Below are positions 31,593 to 44,500 of a stretch of DNA of 64,000 nucleotides, piece after piece. The translations under genes and the position numbers were made by a program. The DNA is from Prasinococcaceae sp. CCMP 1430 (taxonomy: Eukaryota > Plantae > Prasinodermophyta). The first letter of the stretch is position 1; every line of letters begins with the position of its first letter. Where the stretch lies: NCBI GenBank assembly GCA_013416795.1, contig RQSC01000630.1:24998-88997 (forward strand), read 5' to 3'. The notes under the pieces are model-generated. The model ran no database searches. It was given only the letters and a program-made list of their open reading frames with translations, and was not told where the DNA came from.

Positions 31593-33228
31593 CTAATCGC
31601 CGAGCAGCGCCTCGAGTCGCGCGCTGATGTCCTCCCCGACCGCCACGGCGCTATCGGCATTGCCATCGATGGCCGGCAATGCGCGCGGCGGGTCGACCGC
31701 TGTCACCGGCGCGGCAGCGGTGCGCCCGAGCGGACGTGGCATGGCCATGCGCACACTGCCTGCAGCGGCGCCCGTGCCCACCACGGATGCGAGGGGGTCG
31801 CCTTGCTCGACCGCGCCCCCACCCGCGTCGGACGGCGCGTGAAGATCGGACGGCGGATCCACGCGGTTGGCGTGTATGCTAAAAGCTGGCACCACCCAGG
31901 CGCCGCACGAGCATTGCGCGCCGTGCCAGCTGAAGGCGCCCAGCCGGTAGTCGCAGTGTGGACAGCGCAGCTTGCCCTCGACGTCACCGCGGTGCACCTC
32001 AGGCGACCACTCCGGAGGGTCGATGAAGACGTGCGAACACGCCGCCACATCGGCGGCGTCCGCCGCCGCGCGGTCGCGATCGCGCTTGACGTGGCGAAAT
32101 GCGCGCTGCCCGTCGCCGCGTTCGTGGCTCACGACGTCAGACGGCGCGAAGAGCGGCCGGCGACAGCGGCGGCACAGGTAGGCCTGCGCGGGGTCGAGGG
32201 AGGACTCGCCGGGCGTGCACGCGCCCACGCTGGCGAGCGATTGGGCGTCGAGGGCTCCCTCCACCTTCACCTTCTCTGCACTGTCCGCCTCCTGTTCCAC
32301 CTCCTCAGCCTCTGCCGCCACCTCCGCAACGCCATCTCTGCGAGCCTCCGATTCTGCCCGCGCCTCTCGGCCCATGGAAGCGCCAGCAGCCCCGGTGGCC
32401 TGGTCCCTGGCTGCGCCCGAGGCGGCGCGTGCGGCCGTGCTGCCGACGCTCGCGACCGCACCTCTTGCGCTCGCGCCGTCCGCACCGTCGGCATCGCAGC
32501 CACCTGCACCTACGCCTGCCCCTGGCCGCGCCTCGAGGCCCATCGCCTGCCGTTGCGTGCGCCAGCGCCTATACTGCGTGATGCGTGCCATGCGCGCCGC
32601 GGGCGGGCAGCCCATCTTGCGCCATGCCTCAAGCTGTCCAGGCGCGCACATGCGTACAGGTAGTGCGCGTGCGCGAGTGTTTGGGGTCAGAGGACTGCGA
32701 GCGCGGACGATGGGGCACCTACTTGCGCGAACGCGCAGGCGCGAGCGACTGTGTCCTTGCGAACGTGCGTGCGCTGCATGCGTGTCGTGCGCTCACCTGC
32801 TTCATGAAGCCCTCGTTGGGCTCCGCCCCAGGTGACGCGCGCCTGACGATGCGCAGCGCGCCGCGTGCCGACAACGCGGTGCCGCCGTCGGCGTCGCAAT
32901 CCGCCGGGTCGACGAAGACGGCGCCAGCGGACATGAGGAAGGCGCACACCGCCGTCGCTGAGCGCGACACGCCGGCGACACAGTGTACAAGCGTGGGCAC
33001 GCCACGCGCCGCGCCTTCTGCAACGAAGTCCGCGCAGCGCGGCAGGTGCGTCAGAATATCCGCGTCGGGGCTGTCCTCGACCTCCACCACTAGGCGAGCG
33101 ACCGTTTCCGGGCTACCGCCGAACGGCCCCAGCGAGAGCACGCGCGCCACGCCGGCGCGCGCGAGCGCCGGCGCGTCGCCAGCATCTTGTGCATCACCCA
33201 GCCACACGCCCGCCACGACCTCACGCAT
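31593..33228 (-). CDS. YVH1: Dual-specificity phosphatase DUSP12/YVH1 with C-terminal zinc-binding domain; intron 32796-32634
   Basis: Catalytic VHCVAGVSRSAT, EPNEGFMKQ|LEAW, YLCRRCRRPLF, CSHVFI, GKLRCPHCDYRLGAFSWHGAQCSCGAWVVPAF. Confidence 0.93.
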
Positions 33229-33495
33229 GGCGGGGGAAGCGGCGGCGACGGCGACGGCGGCCGCAGTAGCGGCCGCCGCCGCAGCGGAGCGCGGCGCGGG
33301 ACGGTGGCGGCGGCGCGCGCTGGCACGCTGGAGGCAGGCGCGCGTGGGTGGACGGGTGGGTCGAGCAAGGTGTGGGGCCTGCGGTGTGCCGGAGGAGGGG
33401 CGTCGGGTGTGTGTGTGTGTATTTGAGGGGTGGGGGTGGCGGTGGGGGTGGGGGAGGGGGGGAAGCCTGCCGTGGCGCACAACAACCGGGACGCG

Positions 33496-34768
33496 ATGGC
33501 CGAGCCCGCGGCGGAGCCCGCGCCGGCAGCAGGCGGCAGCGCACCGCGGCGGCGTGGCCCTGTGGTAGTGCTGGTGGTGGGCATGGCGGGGACGGGCAAG
33601 ACGAGCCTCATGCATGCGCTCGTAGCGCACCTTGAGGCGCAGGGCAGCCCCGCGTACTCGATCAACCTCGACCCGGCCGTCTCGACCGTGCCATACGGCG
33701 GCAACCTCGACGTGCGTGACACCGTGGACTACAAAAAGGTCTGAGCTGCGCGCGCGCGCGCTCGCGGGCTAGAGGGACGGAGGGGCGGGAGGGAGAGAGC
33801 TGTGCTCGCGTGCCTACGCGCGTGCCTGCACGTGTGCGCGCGCACTCTCCCTCAATGTATTTCCCCGCGCGCACGCTGCCCCTGCGATGCGCTCGTGCGC
33901 GGCACGACTCCTGACTCTCGCACGCATCGCGCAAACGCCAATGCCCGCGCAGGTGATGAGCCAGTACAACCTTGGCCCGAACGGTGCCATCGTAACGAGC
34001 CTCAACTTGTTCGCGACGCGCTTCGACCAGGTGATTGACATCCTCGAACGGCGCGCGGGCGTGGGCGCGAGTGCTGGGGAGGGGAGCACAGGGCGTGAGG
34101 GAGAGCGTGGCGAAGCCAGCGGGAAGGCCGAGAAAGGAGAGCCTCCGCTCGAGTACATCCTCGTCGACACGCCTGGCCAGATTGAGATCTTCACATGGTC
34201 GGCCTCGGGTGGCATTATCACCGAGCTGCTCGCGTCGTCTTTTGCGACCGTCGTGTGCTACGTCGTCGACACCCCGCGTTGCGCCGCGCCTCCGGTGTTC
34301 ATGTCCAACATGCTGTACGCCCTCTCAATCTTGTACAAGGCCAAACTTCCCATGCTGCTCGCTTTCAACAAGGCGGACGTGGCCGACCCCGCCTTCGCTG
34401 TCGAGTGGATGACCGACTTCGAAGCATTCCACGCAGCGCTGGAAGCCGATTCGAGCTACCAGGCTTCGCTCTCGCGCTCCATGTGCCTCGTGCTCGACGA
34501 GTTCTACTCTGGCCTCAAGCACGTCGGCGTGAGCGCAGTCACCGGCCAGGGTCTCGAGGGCTTCTTCGCTGCCGTAGACGCGGCGGCAGAGCAGTACTGG
34601 ACAAACTACCGCACGGAGCTCGACAAGCGTATCGCAGACAAGAAACGGCGTGAGGACGAAGCACGCACCGCCGGTGTGGAGAGCCTCAAGGCCGACCTGG
34701 CGGAGGACAGGAAGAAGGCGGTCCTCGGAGGTGGCGGCAGCAGCGGGGGCGACGGCAGCGGCGAATAG
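33496..34768 (+). CDS. GPN1: GPN-loop GTPase 1 (XAB1/Npa3); intron 33739-33952
   Basis: [25 protein letters not shown]|[34 protein letters not shown]. Confidence 0.95.
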
Positions 34769-34870
34769 ATGTCAATGTCAAAGAATTGATGTATTAAGTC
34801 AATCGGGGAGACGGCCCTCAGGCCGCTCACCACACACAGTATGTACACAAGAAAGGCGAGCACGTGCACC

Positions 34871-35955
34871 TCAAAAAGCGTCGGCCCCCTGCACGCGCAC
34901 GGGTGTGCGCGCCTTCGCGTGTCCGGTCACCCCCTCGTCGGGAAGCAACAGGTTGCGCGCGCCGGTCGCACCCGAGTCGTACAAGCTGTTGGGCATACCG
35001 AGCCAGAACTTGAAGCGCTCGGCCCACACCGGCGAGTCCGAGTGGGGAGCGCCCTCGAGCAGGTTGCTTTCGCGCGCGAGGATGTCCTCTGCCAACTCGC
35101 GCCGCGCATCCCACGCGTCGCGGCAGCGTGCGCGGATGGCATCCACGGGGATGTACGCGTGCATTGCCTCGATGTCCTCGATGAGCCCCACGGCGGCGGA
35201 GAACTGGCCAGCACCAGCGTATGCGTCCACCAGCGCGCTGAACATCCGCTCGTCGGGCGGCACGCCAGCCGCGCGTGCGCGCTCCATGCACGCGCGCGCG
35301 CCGCTGGGATCACCCGCGACGCAGTAGGCATCCACGAGCGCGCCGTACACACGCGCGTCAGGCGTATACCCTTCAGCAACCATATGCTTCACGGCGGCCT
35401 CCGCGCGACCGAGATCGCCCGCGCGACACAGGACGCACACGTGCGCGTGGTGCGTGCCGAGATCGCGGCGTCCGTCGTCGGCCGCGCGGAAGAGCGCCAC
35501 GGCGCTGTCGAGCATTCCCGCCTCAGCGAGTCCGTGCATGATCACGCTCATGTCGGCGGCGTCCGTCTCGTAGCCCGCCACGCGCATGGCAGAAGACACC
35601 TGGAGGAGCATGAGCGAGTCACCCGCGCGTCGGGCGCCGTCGAGCAACGCGCTGAAGTAGCGGTGCGGCGGCACGTGCGCGCCTGTGGCCTCCAGCATCT
35701 CATCATGGAGCGCGCGGGCCTCGTCCAGGCGGCCAACGCGAGGGTCACACAGCGCGCGCGCAAACTCAACGAACGCCGGCAGTGCCGCGCGCGCGCCGTG
35801 CAGCAGCGCGCCCGCGCGGCCACGCGCGGCCGCGAGGCGGGGGCGATGGGGGGCCACGTCACGCGCGCGTGCCCAGCCAGGGGGGGGGGGGGGGGGGGGG
35901 GGGGGGCACGCGCGCCTCGTCGCGAGCGTCGACCACGCCCGGTGCGCGGGGGCAT
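34871..35955 (-). CDS. P-class pentatricopeptide repeat protein; 5' end uncertain across a poly-G/C tract
   Basis: 35-aa repeats such as ARVYGALVDAYCVAGDPSGARACMERARAAGVPPD and ERMFSALVDAYAGAGQFSAA. C-terminal ERFKFWLGMPNSLY. Confidence 0.85.
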
Positions 35956-36104
35956 CGACCGTGCAGGCTACCAGCCAGCGAGCGCGCGCTCGCCAGCGCC
36001 CGCAGGCCGCCTGTGCATGCAGGGCGGGCCCGCGGCCAGCGCTCCAATTCGTTTCGAGCGCGCTCGCGCGCCGGTGAATTGATATCCCGTGGGTTACTTT
36101 GAGC

Positions 36105-37290
36105 TTATATTATATTTATGTCCTTCGGGCGCGCTGCGCGCGGAAGCGCCGCGCGCGCGCGAATCTTCGCGCGCGCGACAATCCGCGCCGGGGGGCGCCG
36201 CGCGGCCCCGACCGCCGCGCGGCACACGTCGCGCGCGGCCTCCACGCGACCGGCGCGCGCGAGCGCGCCGGCGATCGCGGCGTAGGTCTTTCCGGTCGGA
36301 GGCGGGCACCCGCCACGCGAGGCCTCCATGTACTCGAGCATGCGCCGGGTCGCGGTCACCTGGCCCGCCTCCGCCGCGCCCTGCGCCGCCTCGGTCCACG
36401 ACGCCGTCGTGGGGCGCAGGCCCGAGCGCACGGCCGACACCAACAGGAGGCGCGCGGCCCGCCGCTCGTCGCCCGCACGCGCGTACGCGTGCGCCAGCGA
36501 CACGTACGTGCCCAGCGTCGGCCGCGCGGGCGAGCAGTCCGCCGGCAGCAGCACCTCGCGCGCGCGCTCGAGCGCGGCCGTCAGGTCGCCCGCGCGGCTC
36601 CAGCCGTACAGCAGCACGTTGTGCGTGGTGACGTCGGGTTCGAGACCATGCTTGGCACACATCCTGTCGACGAATTCCTCCGCGCCGCGCACATCGCCCG
36701 CAGTCACGTACGCCGTCGCGGCCGCGTTCATGGCCCGCGTGTCCGGCGCGATGCCGTCGGCGCTGACCATGCGCTCGAAGAGCACTTGCGCGCGAGCGCA
36801 GCTCGTGCGGTCGGCCGAAAACCCGCGCATGACCGCCGTGTACGTTTCGAGGCCGACGGCGTCGCCGCGCGCCTGCAGGCCCTGCATGAGCACCAGTGCG
36901 CGCTCGGGCTCCCCGCGAAGCGCCACCGCCGTCGCCACGGCGCGCTCCGCCGCGGCGCCCACGCGGACGCCCGCGCGCGCGCCGGCCTCCAGCAGACGCA
37001 GCGCCTGCATCGCGCGCTTGCGCTTCGTCGACTTGCAGAGCACGTGCAGGATGCGCTTGAGCGTGGCCGTGCTGGGAAGCGCATCCCCACGGGCGCCGCC
37101 GCTCCCGCCGTCCTCGCCCGCGTGCGCCCGCAAAATGGCGGTTGCGAGCTCGGCCGCCTCGGGCGCCGTGCGCGGGTTCTTCGAGAGCGCCACCAGCCTC
37201 GCGCCGCCATCGCCCCGACCGACCTCCGCCGCCACCTCCACCGCCTCCACCACCGTCGTCTGCGCACCGCCGTCGCCCCCGCCGCGCGGC
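36105..37290 (-). CDS. P-class pentatricopeptide repeat protein; start uncertain, possibly one gene with the downstream PPR ORF
   Basis: Repeats LETYTAVMRGFS, TRAMNAAATAYVTAGD, VTTHNVLLYGWSRAGD, LGTYVSLAHAYARAGD, GKTYAAIAGALARAGR. Confidence 0.85.
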
Positions 37291-37774
37291 GCGCACACGC
37301 GGCGGCGGCCGCCAACCAAGCCCCGCCGCGCGCGCCGGCCCCACCCGCACACGCTCACTTCTGCATGGGATTTGATGGGGAATATACACATTGGGTAGAA
37401 CCCATTCCAAAAGGGTTTACTTTTGATGGCGGTTCGGGTGCTTGTCCTTCTCCCCCCCCCCCCCACCACCTCGCCTCGGAACATTTTTTCCCCCCCAAAA
37501 AAACAAAAAAGGCGATTTCGCGGCGCGCGGAAGCGCCGCTTCCCGCGCGGCGGCGCAGCCCGCGCGAGGCGAGGCCGCGGAGCTTCGCGCGCTACGCGCG
37601 CGCGGCCCGGGCTTTTTTTTTAAAAAATGCGCGCTCGTTTTCCCTGCGTTGCGGCTGCTTTCTTTTGTTGTCGTTTGCGTTGCCCTTTTTTTGCCCTGCG
37701 CGGGCGGCGTGCCGGGGCCGCGCGTCGCGCGGGGCGGTGCCACACGTGTGCGCCCCGCGCGCCGCATAGCTGCC

Positions 37775-38769
37775 ATGGCGTCGATGGCGGTCTCCATGCC
37801 CGCCAGCGCGGTACGTGCGCGCGCGGGGAGGGAGGGGTGAGGCGGGGAGAGCTTCATGAGGCGTGCGGTAGACGTCAACGAGTTAAACGTGCCACGCAAC
37901 GTGCGCTACCAGCTCGGAACGGAGCGAAAAGTGTTTGGCGTGCCAAGCGGCGAAAGTCCGGCACGCCAGACGTGGGACCTTCCGGAGGGCACCGAGNGCG
38001 CGCGCCCGCGGCCCGCAGCGCAGCGCAGCCGGCGTTCTTCGTGGAGGCGAAGGCGGTACGTGCGCTGCGACGCGCGTGGAGCGCCGCCACGCCCGCCGGC
38101 GCGAGCGTGCGCGCCCGCCGGTGCGCTACGAGGGGAGAGGGGGTTGAAGGCGCGCTGCAGCGCCCTGCCAATGCGGATGCTGCTGCGGCGCACGCATTGG
38201 AAACCCTGAGGTCGAATGCGCAGGCACAGTGTGCCGCGAGCGCGGAGCCTCGATGGCGCAGCGACGCTGGCTGCACCGCTCTCACGAGCTCGCTGGCCGT
38301 GCGAGTGCGCGAAGCGCGCCGGCGCCGCTTTGAGGTGTCCTTGTCCTCGCGTGGTGCTGACACCCAGGCGCCGTCCCACGACCATTCGTCTCTGCGCCCG
38401 CTCGCGCCCCCACACCCCCTCTGCCACGGTCTCGCGCAGTCCAACCGCTACAAGAAGAAGCTGCGCGTGAAGTTCAGGAGCTACAACGTCAAGGCCATCG
38501 AGAAGGCGGTTGACACGCTGCTGGACCTCGCGGAGGAGCACGACACGGACGTGAGCGGCCCGGTCCCGCTCCCCACCAAGATCCGCCGCTTCTGTCTGCT
38601 GCGCTCGCCGCACGTCAACAAGGACTCGCGGGAGCACTTCGAGGTGCGCACACACTCGCGCCTCGTTGACCTGATGGAGCCCGAGGCCGGCATCATCGAC
38701 GGGCTGATGACGCTGGAGCTGCCGCCGGGAGTGGACCCCGAGATCTCTGTCATCGAGGCGCGTGCGTAG
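37775..38769 (+). CDS. RPS10: Nucleus-encoded organellar (probably plastid) ribosomal protein uS10; exons 37775-37810, ~38030-38056, ~38441-38769
   Basis: LRVKFRSY...GPVPLPTKIRRFCLLRSPHVNKDSREHFEVRTHSRLVD...LMTLELPPGVD. A Met/Ala/Ser-rich leader is split by two GTACGT-AG introns. Confidence 0.9.
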
Positions 38770-38928
38770 GCTCGCAGCGCGCACGCCCGAGCAAGCAGGG
38801 GTGTGTAGTATCATAAGACCTTAATTGTTCTCGCGAATTGCCCGTGAATCCAAGCGAGGGACTACGCACGCGCGTTTGTAGCGTGTTTCCGTGCGCGAGG
38901 GCCTTCCAGGGCGCGCGCGCCGTGTCGC

Positions 38929-41138
38929 TCAGTCCTCCATCAGGTCGTGACCCCGCGAGCTCATCGGAGGCAGGAAAGGCACAGCCGCCGCGCCCGCAGC
39001 CGCGCCACTGCCGAAGAGGCCCCCAGCGCTCGGCGTGCCCGCGAACACCGATGGGGCGCGCGCGACACCCGCGGTGGCCCCCGGCATAGGTGACGCGGCG
39101 GGCCCTGCCGTTTCAGGGACGACCACGGCCGTCTGTTGCTGCACCATGAAGGGCGAGGGCACCGACGTGGCGGACGCCGCTCGCTGTGCGCCGCTGCTCG
39201 CGACGGCGAGCAGCAGCGGCTGCTCCTGCCCTTGCCCCTGCCCCTGCTCGCTCGCTAGCGAGCCTGCCGCCACAGCAGGCATGTCCTCGTCCGCAGCCTC
39301 CGCGACAGCCTCGCGCCTGTCGGCGGCGCTTGCGCCGCGGCACGCGGCCTCGACCAGCACGGCGCGATCCGCGGTCGCGCCTCGCCTGCGCTCGGCGGCG
39401 TCGCCGCCCACGACCGGGTCGGACGCCCAAGTCTCCTCCAGCTTCACGAGCTCGCGGTGTGCGGCCTCTGCCTCAAGTGGCCGCGCGCGCTGCAGGTAGT
39501 AAGTCACCAACGCGTCGCCCGCAGCGCCGCCCGGCGCTTCGCCCGCTATCGCCTCGAGCTCGGCCACGAGCGAAGCCTCTTCTGCCTCGTCGAACGGCAG
39601 CTGCACGAGCCGCGGCGCGGCACCGCATGCGAGGCAGCTCCGCGCGATTTGCGCGACAAGCTCGGCCCTGCGCATGGCACGCTCTCCCTCGCCCTGCGAG
39701 CACCCCGCGGCGTCCACGCACTGCCGCGCGTGTAAGAACGCTTCCTCGATGAGCCCGCACGCCAGGCGCGCGCCGATGCCAGCCGCCGCGCGTTCCGCCT
39801 TGGCGAGCGATGCGCCGTCGCCCGCCGCACGCAACACGGCGAGTGCGGCCTCGGGGCGGCCCCGCGCAAGCAACGCCGCCGGGATCTTGGCGGGAGTGTT
39901 GGGCGAGGCCGCCAGCGGCAGTACCCGCGCGGCAGCATCGAGGCTGTCCTCGCGGTCATCGTCCAGCCAAAAGTACGCGCGGCAGTCGAGCACGAACGCA
40001 CTGGGCAGCAGCAGGCGCGCAACGAGCGCCTCGAAAGGCGGCGAGTCCGCCTCGAGGCCGAGGTCGAGCAAAAAGTACAGCAGCAGAGCGTGTTTTGCCT
40101 GCACGCTGTTGGCATCGCAGCCGCCCTCGAGCATCACGTGCTGAGCAAAGTCCGCCACCGAGGCGCCGCCCTGCGGAGGGTACTGCGGCCAGCCCGAGGG
40201 GGCGCCCGCACCGTCAGCGAGCACGCTGAGCGCCTCCAGGATGTCATCGAGGAAGGTTGTTGCCGCTTCACCAGCGAGCTCTCGCCGCCGCTGGACGCTC
40301 TCCATCCACACATCGTGCGTCCCCGCGCTGCGCTCGTACGGAGCCAGGTCCGCGCGATGCGTCGCGACCCACAGTGCGACCTCTGCGTGCTGCGCATGCC
40401 GCTCGGCCTCCAGCGCGAGCCGCAGCAGCGCGAGCAGATGCGGCGGCGCTCCGGCGGCAGTGCCGCCAACCTCTTCGTGCGCGGCCTCGGCCGCATCGGC
40501 CAGCGTGCTCGCCGTCGCGCTGATCCCCTGCAGCGCCGCGCAGCAGCGGTCGAGCTCATCGACGGTCGCGCCCCGCCGAGAGCACGGCGCGGACCACTTT
40601 CGCAGCGCCGCCGTGCACCATTCGCGCACGACGTCGCCCTGCAACATGGCCGCCTCAGCGGCGTCCGCCGACACAGCCGACGAATCTAGGCACACCTCGT
40701 CCACATCTACGATCGGGCCAACAGGAGGCGACGGCGCGGTCAGCCATGCGCGTCGGGAGTGGCAGCAAGCTCCGTTGCGTGCAAGCGAGAGCGATCGGCG
40801 GCCGCGGGCCTCGGCGTCTAAGGTGAGTGCAGTGCGTCTCTCGCGCCGGGGCGCTCGCTCGCTCGCGCGCTTGCTCACGCAGGAGAGAAAGAGAGCGCGC
40901 GCCACGCACAGTGCACTACGAGCGATCCGAGGTGGTTGTCCAGCGCCGCGTCGAAGAACGCAAAGAGCCTCGCTTTCCCCTGCTCTCGCGCCGCGCCGCG
41001 CGCGAGCACGCCCGCGCGCTCGAGCAGCTCGGCGAGGTGCGCTGCGTGCCGCCCGCCGTCGTACAGGCCCGTCAGCTGGCGCGGGGGCGTCTCGGCGAGC
41101 GCGCAGAGCGCGCGCTCGCGCGCCTCGGAGCGCGACAT
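38929..41138 (-). CDS. HOS1: HOS1/ELYS-domain nucleoporin-like protein lacking the RING; intron 40909-40707
   Basis: RLFAFFDAALDNHLGSLVVHYVDEVCLDSSAVS resembles RLYSLFDVAMENNLISLICHYVTDVCMDESAVS. Also AKHALLLYFLLD, YFWLDDDREDSLDAAARVLP and LVTYYLQRAR. Confidence 0.85.
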
Positions 41139-41593
41139 CGGCGGCGAGTCACGAGGCCGCGGTGGCCACAGGGAATGAGGTGGATGGCAGGCTCTGCGGC
41201 GACGAGGCACGCAGGCGATGGGGCGCGCGGGGAGCGCGGGGGCGGGGGGGATGGAGGCCGCCGGCCACCGCCTCCCGCGCGAGCTGTGCTGCGCCCACCG
41301 ACGGCGCCTCGCAAAAATCGCGGAAACAACAGAACCTGCGTGCCAACTTGCATCGGCCGCGCATTTGCGGTGCATTTCGACCTGCGGCGCGCGCGTTTTC
41401 GTTGGCGGTGGAGGCGCTGGCGAGGCCGGTTTGGCGACCGCGGCCGCTTTTTTGTGCATGCGCCCGGACCTGCGGTCCGCCGTCCCCGCAATTCTTCTCG
41501 CCGTGGTTTTTGTGCGTGCGTTGATTCGAAGTCGCGTGGGGGGCCAAAGCGCGCGCGGCGCGCGCCTCCCGCGGCCAGCACCCGCAGGCCGCC

Positions 41594-44500
41594 ATGGCTG
41601 CGGCGGCGGTGCTGACGTCGGCCGCCGGCGTCGTCGCGCTTCTGGATGAGCCCGCGCCGCAGCTCAAGGTCCACGCGCTGCGCTCACTCGACGCGCTCGT
41701 CGACCGCCACTGGGCGGAGATCTCGGCTGCGGTCACGGCAATGTACGTCGCGCGCGGGGCGCGTGCGCGCGCGAGGATCTATGCTGCGCGCGCGGCGCGC
41801 GCGGCCCGCCTGGGCGCGCCATCCCTGCCCGTTCGCCGGGCGTGGGCGCTCTCATCAGAGCAGATGGCCGGCCGGAGGGGAGGGAGGCAGGGCATGGGGA
41901 TGGGTGGGAGGAAAGGGAGGGGGGGGGGGCGATGCCAGTGGTGCTCTCGGTGTGGAGCGCCCTCGGTGCGCCTGTGCGAAGAAGACACTTTGCCGCTTGG
42001 CACCATGGCAGTCCAAGGCGTTGCCATTCGTGGAGCGCCTGCGCGCTGGGACGAGCTGGAGTAGGGATCGCGTGGCGCGTCCGACGATGCGCTACCCTCG
42101 TGCGCTGACTGAGACTGCTGCCGTGTTGGGTGTGGCGCAGTGAGGCGCTCTACGAGGATGACGAATTCGAGGAGCGCGAGCTGGCAGCGCTCGTGGCCTC
42201 CAAGGTGTTCTATCACCTCGGTGAGATGGATGACTCCATGCAGTACGCACTCGGCGCGGGCGGGTTGTTTGACCCGACATCGAGCAGTGAGTACGCGCAG
42301 ACGATCATGGCCAAAATGATCGACACCTACATCGCTGCGCGCAACGCCTCGGAGCCTGTCGAGGTTGACCCCAAGCTTGTTGAGATCGTGGAGCGCATGC
42401 TCGAGCGCAGCATGGTCGACGGCCGCACGGAGCACACTATCGGTATGGCCCTGGAGATGCAGCGGCTTGACAAGCTGGAGGAGGCCGTGAGGCGCAGCGA
42501 CGATTCCGCGGCGAGCCTCGCGTACGCCGTGCGCGTGACGCACAAGCTGGTGACCTCGAAGAAGTTCCGCTTGGAGACTCTGAGGAAAATAGTCAGCCTG
42601 TACGAGGCGGTGCCCCACCCGGACTACATCGCGGTGTGTGAGATCCTCATGTTCCTCGACGACCCCGGCAAAGTTGCCGATGTGCTCGTCGGCCTGATCA
42701 AGGAGGGTGGCGATAAGTTGCTGATGGCGTACCAGATCTGCTTCGACCTGTTCGAGAACCAGCGACAGCGTTTCCTGCTGGACGTATCGGCCAAGCTACC
42801 CGCCACTAAGGACCCAAAGAAACCCGACGGCAAGCCGAAGGCCGAGGCCGAGGGAGACGCGGCCGCCGAGGGCGTCAAGCCAGAGGGAGGTGATGCCACG
42901 GCCGAGGGCGGCGATGATGCCATGGAGACCGACGCGGCGGAGGCGGCGCCGGCCGCCGAGCCGGCCGCCGAGCCGGCCGCCGAGCCCGCCGCCGAGCCGG
43001 CCGCCGAGCCCGCGGCCCCGGAGGAGCCCGACGAGTGGGCGCCGTTCGCCGATCAGCTGTCCAAGCTGCGTGGCATCCTCACAGGCGACATCCCGGTGAA
43101 CCTTCTCCTTGACTTCCTTTACTCGCGCAACCGTGCCGACCTGCAGGTCATGAAGAACACCAAGTCCTGTGTTGACGCGCGCAACAGCGTCTGCCACAGT
43201 GCGGCAATCTTCGCGAACGCGCTCATGCACAGCGGCACTACGGTGGACACGTTCCTGCGCGAGAATCTCGACTGGCTCGGCCGCGCCACCAACTGGGCGA
43301 AGTTTTCTGCCACTGCCGGTCTGGGCGCCATCCATCTCGGCCACGTGCGCGCGGGACGCGCTCTCGTGGCCCCTTACCTGCCGTCCTCGGGCGGAGGCGG
43401 CGCGGGTAGCAGCGCCTACAGCGAGGGCGGCGCGCTGTATGCGCTCGGCCTCATCCACTCGGGTTGCGGCCGGGGCGTGCAGGACTTTCTGCAGGAGAGC
43501 CTGCGCAACACGCGCGACGAGACTATCCAGCACGGAGCGTGCCTGGGGCTGGGCCTCGCCACCATGGGCACGCACGACGAGGGTGTCTTCGAAGACCTTC
43601 GCAGCGTGCTGTTCACCGATTCGGCCGTGGCGGGTGAAGGAGCTGGGCTTGCGATGGGGCTGCTGCTGTGTGGCAGTGCCGCGACGGGGAAGACAGAGGA
43701 GATGCTGAGCTACGCCAGGGACACGCAGCACGAGAAGATCGTGCGTGGGCTCGCGCTCGGCATGGCGCTGACGTGCCTCAACGCGGAGGAAGGGGCGGAC
43801 ACGCTGGCCGAGACGCTGCTGCTCGACCTCGATCCGATTCTGCGCTACGGTGGCATGTACACGCTGGGACTCGCATACGTGGGCACCGCCAACAACAAGG
43901 CGATCGAGAAGCTGCTGCACTATGCCGTGAGCGACTCGAGTGACGACGTGCGCCGCGCGGCCGTTCTCAACCTGGGCTTCGTGCTCTGCGCGGTACCCGA
44001 GCAGTGCCCGCGCATCGTCAAGCTCCTGGCGGAGAGCTACAGCCCGCACACGCGGTACGGCGCGGCGATGGCGGTGGGCATCAGCTGCGCCGGAACGGCC
44101 CAGCCGGAGGCGCTGCAGCTGCTAGACGCGCTGGCCAAGGATGGGGTCGACTTCGTGCGCCAGGGCGCCTACGTTGCCAAGGCGATGGTGCTCATCGCGT
44201 CGCAGGAGTCGAAACAGAAGGCGCTGCGCGCACAGCTGGACAAGGTCGTCGGCGACAAGCATGAGGAGCAGCTGGCAAAGATGGGAGCCATTCTCGCGCA
44301 GGGCCTGCTGAACGGCGGTGGGCGCAACGTGACCATCGCTCTGCGCGGCAAGGGCGGCTTCCCGCGCATGAACGCCGTGGCGGGCATGGCGGTCTTCACG
44401 CACAGCTGGTTTTGGCACCCGCTGACGTACTTCGCGTCTCTTGCCTTCCAGCCGGCGGCGCTGGTGGCGGTGAACGAGGATCTGAAGATGCCCGTGATGT

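Noticed and set aside
41940-42120. Less GC-rich, partly self-complementary stretch in the RPN2 intron as a possible snoRNA
   Set aside because: I could not identify convincing C/D or H/ACA boxes. A covariance-model search would be needed.
42950-43020. (GCCGAGCCGGCC)n repeat in RPN2
   Set aside because: It encodes an AEPA low-complexity linker in a region that is variable across RPN2 orthologues.
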